From an uncultured Deinococcales bacterium (lineage in GTDB: Bacteria > Deinococcota > Deinococci > Deinococcales > JAAFIG01), in contig CAXTTL010000065.1 in the NCBI GenBank assembly GCA_964247135.1, positions 1 through 20,724 of the forward strand: a stretch of DNA of 20,724 bases, given 5' to 3'. Every line of letters starts with the position of its first letter. Positions within the stretch are counted from its first letter, which is position 1. The notes under the pieces are model-generated. The model saw nothing but the letters and a program-made list of their open reading frames with translations. It was not told the origin of the DNA and did no database searches. Of this stretch, positions 17,856-20,724 are shown in pieces. Made by a program: the position numbers and the translations under genes.

Positions 17856-18884
17856 CTATTCTCGATTTTGATTAAAATGCGCAATTGCTTCATTTGCTTT
17901 GCGTTCTCTATAAGCAGCTTGCTTACACGCATTATCACAATACAATTTCTTCTCGGAATTCCGATTAATCAATGTAAACCATTTGCCACACCTGTCACAC
18001 TTAAGGTATTCGGTACCTCGAGTTACTGCCTGAGCAAATTGCAACCATAAAGCATCTACAAGAGCGTCAGGAAGCAACATTAAATCCAAGTGCCTACTTA
18101 AAGGCTTACCCATATTCCAAAGTACCTTTGAACTTATGCCTGTAAGCCTTTCATTGATGTTTGAAAGTATTGTATGATTTACTGCATCAGTGAGTTTAGG
18201 TTTGTCAAAATTTTCAGGCAATTGAATTGATTGCAGAAAATCACCTGCAACAAATATTGAATTAGAATTTGGCAATTCTCGATGTTGACCAGACTTCACT
18301 ATTTCAAGTAGTTCTGGACGTGAAACAAAAAACCACTGGTAACGATCTTTTGTCTTTGGAATCAAGTGCTGTTCTAATGCTGTAACATTACCGTCTCGCA
18401 TATAATCCCAGATAACAGCAAGACGTTTCATTTCGACAATGTTTTCATACCAAGCATCAAAAGTCTCACCTACTTCCCAAATAATCAAAGATTCCTTGGG
18501 AATATTCGTATCGCTGGTTTGAACTCTTGTAATGAAGTCACCCTTATATGCTCGAATTGGATCTAAGTCTGAAATAGGAATGTCAATAACAACAGTTGGA
18601 GCGTTAACTTTGGGGTTACCCATGCTTGCTACTGGTCGAAACAACCTTCCATACTTTGAAGCAAAGACTTCAATGTCTCTTTCAGTAGGCTCAAGATCAA
18701 CAAATTCGCGCCACAGTGCAGAAGCTTTAAGAAGCTCATACCTACGAACCGTTCTTTCTAACCCTGTTGCCCGAGGAATTAGCAGGCGATAGGGAGGCTT
18801 TTCATCTGTTACCAAACTATTTGGGAACGTTCGGAATTCATAACCCTCTAGTTCTACTTCCCAAGAAAAAAATTCTGGCGACAT
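17856..18884 (-). CDS. Hypothetical protein with C-terminal CGNR-like zinc finger (putative DNA-binding)
   Basis: 342-aa AT-rich ORF with GGAGG RBS. C-terminus CDRCGKWF...KLYCDNACKQAAYRERK gives a Cx2C...Cx3C finger plus a basic helix. Confidence 0.78.
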   Translation of the reverse strand: MSPEFFSWEVELEGYEFRTFPNSLVTDEKPPYRLLIPRATGLERTVRRYELLKASALWREFVDLEPTERDIEVFASKYGRLFRPVASMGNPKVNAPTVVIDIPISDLDPIRAYKGDFITRVQTSDTNIPKESLIIWEVGETFDAWYENIVEMKRLAVIWDYMRDGNVTALEQHLIPKTKDRYQWFFVSRPELLEIVKSGQHRELPNSNSIFVAGDFLQSIQLPENFDKPKLTDAVNHTILSNINERLTGISSKVLWNMGKPLSRHLDLMLLPDALVDALWLQFAQAVTRGTEYLKCDRCGKWFTLINRNSEKKLYCDNACKQAAYRERKANEAIAHFNQNRE

Positions 18885-18895
18885 CCTTCAACCTC

Positions 18896-18937
18896 CGTAA
18901 CAAGTTCGTAACATGCTTCTGTTACGAACTTGTTACG
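18896..18937. repeat. Perfect 18-bp inverted repeat built of four CGTAACA heptamers
   Basis: CGTAACAAGTTCGTAACA (18896-18913), 6-nt spacer, TGTTACGAACTTGTTACG (18920-18937). Confidence 0.9.
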
Positions 18938-18992
18938 CTAATATTATCCTTTGCCGTCTTGAAATACAAGCGGCTAACGTCTAATCTACCTT

Positions 18993-19265
18993 ATGAAATT
19001 TCAAGACCAAAATCACTTCACCACGCCAAACTTTTGGGCAAATTATGAAGCCTTACCAAAAACCATCCAAACCCTTGCAAACAAGAATTTTGAATTACTG
19101 AAACAAAATCCTCGCCATCCATCGCTGCATTTTAAGAAAGTGGGTCGTTACTGGTCGGCTCGAGTTGGTGACGATCACCGTGCTGTCGCTGTCGAGATTG
19201 AACAAGGCTTGCTGTGGTTCTGGATCGGTTTGCATGACGACTACGAACGCATCATCCGCAATTAA
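18993..19265 (+). CDS. ParE/RelE-like toxin
   Basis: HFTTPNFW..Y..LP...Q..A.K.F.LLK.NPRHPSLHFKKVG..WSARVG..HRA...LLWFWIG.H.DY pattern of ParE-like toxins. Confidence 0.82.
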   Translation: MKFQDQNHFTTPNFWANYEALPKTIQTLANKNFELLKQNPRHPSLHFKKVGRYWSARVGDDHRAVAVEIEQGLLWFWIGLHDDYERIIRN

Positions 19266-19278
19266 TATCGAGAGACAC

Positions 19279-19307
19279 TTGCTGTATAAAGCTCGAGAAC
19301 GTACAAT
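19279..19307 (+). promoter_or_regulatory. Sigma70-type promoter of the CAT tRNA
   Basis: TTGCTG (19279-19284), 17-nt spacer, TACAAT (19302-19307). Confidence 0.65.
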
Positions 19308-19317
19308 TCCAAAGCAC

Positions 19318-19394
19318 GGGTCTGTAGCTCAATCGGTTAGAGCAGCGGTCTCATAAACCGTTGGTTTCGGGTTCAAGTCCCGACGGACCCACCA
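19318..19394 (+). tRNA. tRNA with CAT anticodon (tRNA-Met by anticodon; probably lysidine-modified tRNA-Ile2)
   Basis: Acceptor GGGTCTG/CGGACCC, anticodon loop CTCATAA, T arm GGTTCAAGTCC, ACCA end. A paired G1-C72 and no GGG/CCC anticodon stem rule out the initiator. The acceptor stem resembles tRNA-Ile. Confidence 0.95.
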
Positions 19395-19424
19395 AAAGAA
19401 AAGCTGTTCAGTACCGCAAAAATA

Positions 19425-19464
19425 AACCACCCCTTAAGCCTGAAACAACGCTTGAGGGGTGGTT
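19425..19464. terminator. Hairpin/terminator after the tRNA
   Basis: AACCACCCCTTAAGC / GCTTGAGGGGTGGTT, 15 bp with one G-T pair. Confidence 0.65.
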
Positions 19465-19567
19465 GGATGTAGTACAGATGTAGTAGAGATTGTTAATTCA
19501 ATGGAAGACGTTCTGAAACGACTAAAATTTTGTGGACAACAAGTTCCGAGACACCAAATGAACAAAC

Positions 19568-19870
19568 ATGCGCAAATACAAAACCTACACCCCAGAATTC
19601 AAACACGAAGCCATCACACTTGCTAAAACTGAAGGGGTTAGGAAAACTGCTACCAACCTTGGCATTAACCCGAACATCATCCACCGTTGGAAAAACGAAC
19701 AAGAAACCCGTATCACAAACGCAAAACCTGTTTTCACAGGACGTGGCAATCAGGTACTGACGGATGCCGATGCGGAAAACCAGAAATTACGTCGTGAACT
19801 CGAAATCACCCGCCAAGAACGTGACATCTTAAAAAAAGCCGTGACCTTTTTCGCCAAAGAAACCCGTTAA
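19568..19870 (+). CDS. IS3 transposase OrfA (HTH_Tnp_1)
   Basis: YTPEFKHEAI...ATNLGI....IHRWK...ENQKLRRELEITRQERDILKKAVTFFAKE. Confidence 0.9.
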   Translation: MRKYKTYTPEFKHEAITLAKTEGVRKTATNLGINPNIIHRWKNEQETRITNAKPVFTGRGNQVLTDADAENQKLRRELEITRQERDILKKAVTFFAKETR

Positions 19871-20700
19871 GATTCGCGTTCATCCTCAAGCACCGCAGCG
19901 AATTTGAGTTTGAAATCATGTGCACAACGCTCGAGGTGAGCACAAGCGGTTATCACGCGTGGCGGAAAAGGTCAGAGTCAAGGACGTCCAAAGAGAAAAA
20001 CTTAGCTACAAAGATTAAAATCTTACACTCGAACAGCAGGAACACGTATGGCAGCAGTCGAATTCACGCGATCCTCCTTGAACAACACGATTATTGCAGC
20101 CGACCTCGAGTGGCAAGCATCATGCTCGAGCACGGATTGAAAGGAACACGAAAAGGTAAGACCAATAAGAAACAAACCACGAATTCCAATCACCAGCACG
20201 CGATAGCGGAGAATAAACTCGAGCGTAATTTCAAAGCGGACAAACCGAATTATAAATGGGTGGCTGACATTACCTACCGACATTGACGGGCTGATTGTAC
20301 TTGGCAGTCGTAATCAATTTGTTCTCGAGAAGAGTTGTAGGTTGGAGCATGAGTTTAACGCTCGACACAAAGATCGTGTTGGACGCGTTAGAAATGGCTC
20401 GAATCTCAAGGGAACCGAGTGAAGGATTGGTGTATCACAGTGATCGAGGGGTGCAATAACGCGGCTCGAGTGCATCGGGCGGCTGTAGCGAAGTTGGGTG
20501 GTATCTCGAGCATGAGCAGAAAAGGAAATTGTTGGGATAGCGACCATGCCCGCTAGGTGCGTTTTGTGGTCAAGAAAATGCCGTGGCTGAAAGCTTCTTT
20601 GCGACGTTGAAATGCGAACTGGATTTGGATAAGGCGATTGGGTCTATCGCTGAAACTCGAGGGGTGGTGTTTGAATGGATTGAAGTTTGGTACAAGCGCG
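19867..20700 (+). pseudogene. IS3 transposase OrfB (integrase core), inactivated
   Basis: Recognisable MC..LEVS.SGY.AW, WVADITY, LYLAVVINLFSRRVVGWSM, HSDRGVQ, SMSRKGNCWD and NAVAESFFATLK. Frameshift near 20280, stops at 20292 (W to TGA) and 20457 (Y to TAA), and a 38-nt insertion at 20539-20576. Confidence 0.9.
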
Positions 20701-20724
20701 AGTAGCCCGTCAGGTGCTTTCTTA

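Larger units (their letters stand above)
19514..20724 (+). mobile_element. IS3 family insertion sequence, degenerate, right end not in window
   Basis: Probable left end TGAAACGACTAAAATTTTGTGGACA at 19514, orfA, A7G slippery site at 19831-19838, orfB in the -1 frame with DDE-domain motifs. Confidence 0.9.

Noticed and set aside
17832-19010. Terminal inverted repeats or target duplication around the zinc-finger cassette
   Set aside because: Only patchy similarity between the ends and no transposase, so it is not called a mobile element.
20558-20576. Group II intron start (GTGCG) within the IS3 insert
   Set aside because: GTGCG is internal to a 38-nt insert, with no intron domains or reverse transcriptase.

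Overview
Bacterial chromosomal window of moderate GC, most likely from a Deinococcota member. This assignment is inferred from the Deinococcus-type TopA tail, the lipoprotein N-terminus and several leaderless-type promoters. Core genes: partial 3-hydroxyacyl-CoA dehydrogenase/enoyl-CoA hydratase, YjdJ-like GNAT plus Fer4_19/CDGSH pair, heme-c/copper monooxygenase-like protein, DUF62 SAM hydrolase-like protein, M20 amidohydrolase, tRNA-Thr(CGT), M1 aminopeptidase, topA, QOR2-like SDR with divergent TetR, mnmA and a CAT-anticodon tRNA (probably Ile2). Accessory parts: an SBBP beta-propeller lipoprotein, an orphan SMI1/KNR4 gene, an antitoxin/ParE-like toxin pair split by an AT-rich CGNR-like zinc-finger gene with a perfect 18-bp inverted repeat, and a decayed IS3. 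The strongest signal is the palindrome CTCGAG, about 135-140 copies by hand count against about 5 expected. It occurs in all codon frames, builds intergenic hairpins, sits at the same position in both tRNA promoters and is nearly absent from the foreign-looking inserts, resembling a HIP1/DUS-type system. Other leads are a T-loop-capped 5' leader before a DUF62 gene whose conserved His is replaced by Leu, and two related short hairpin insertions in the IS3.
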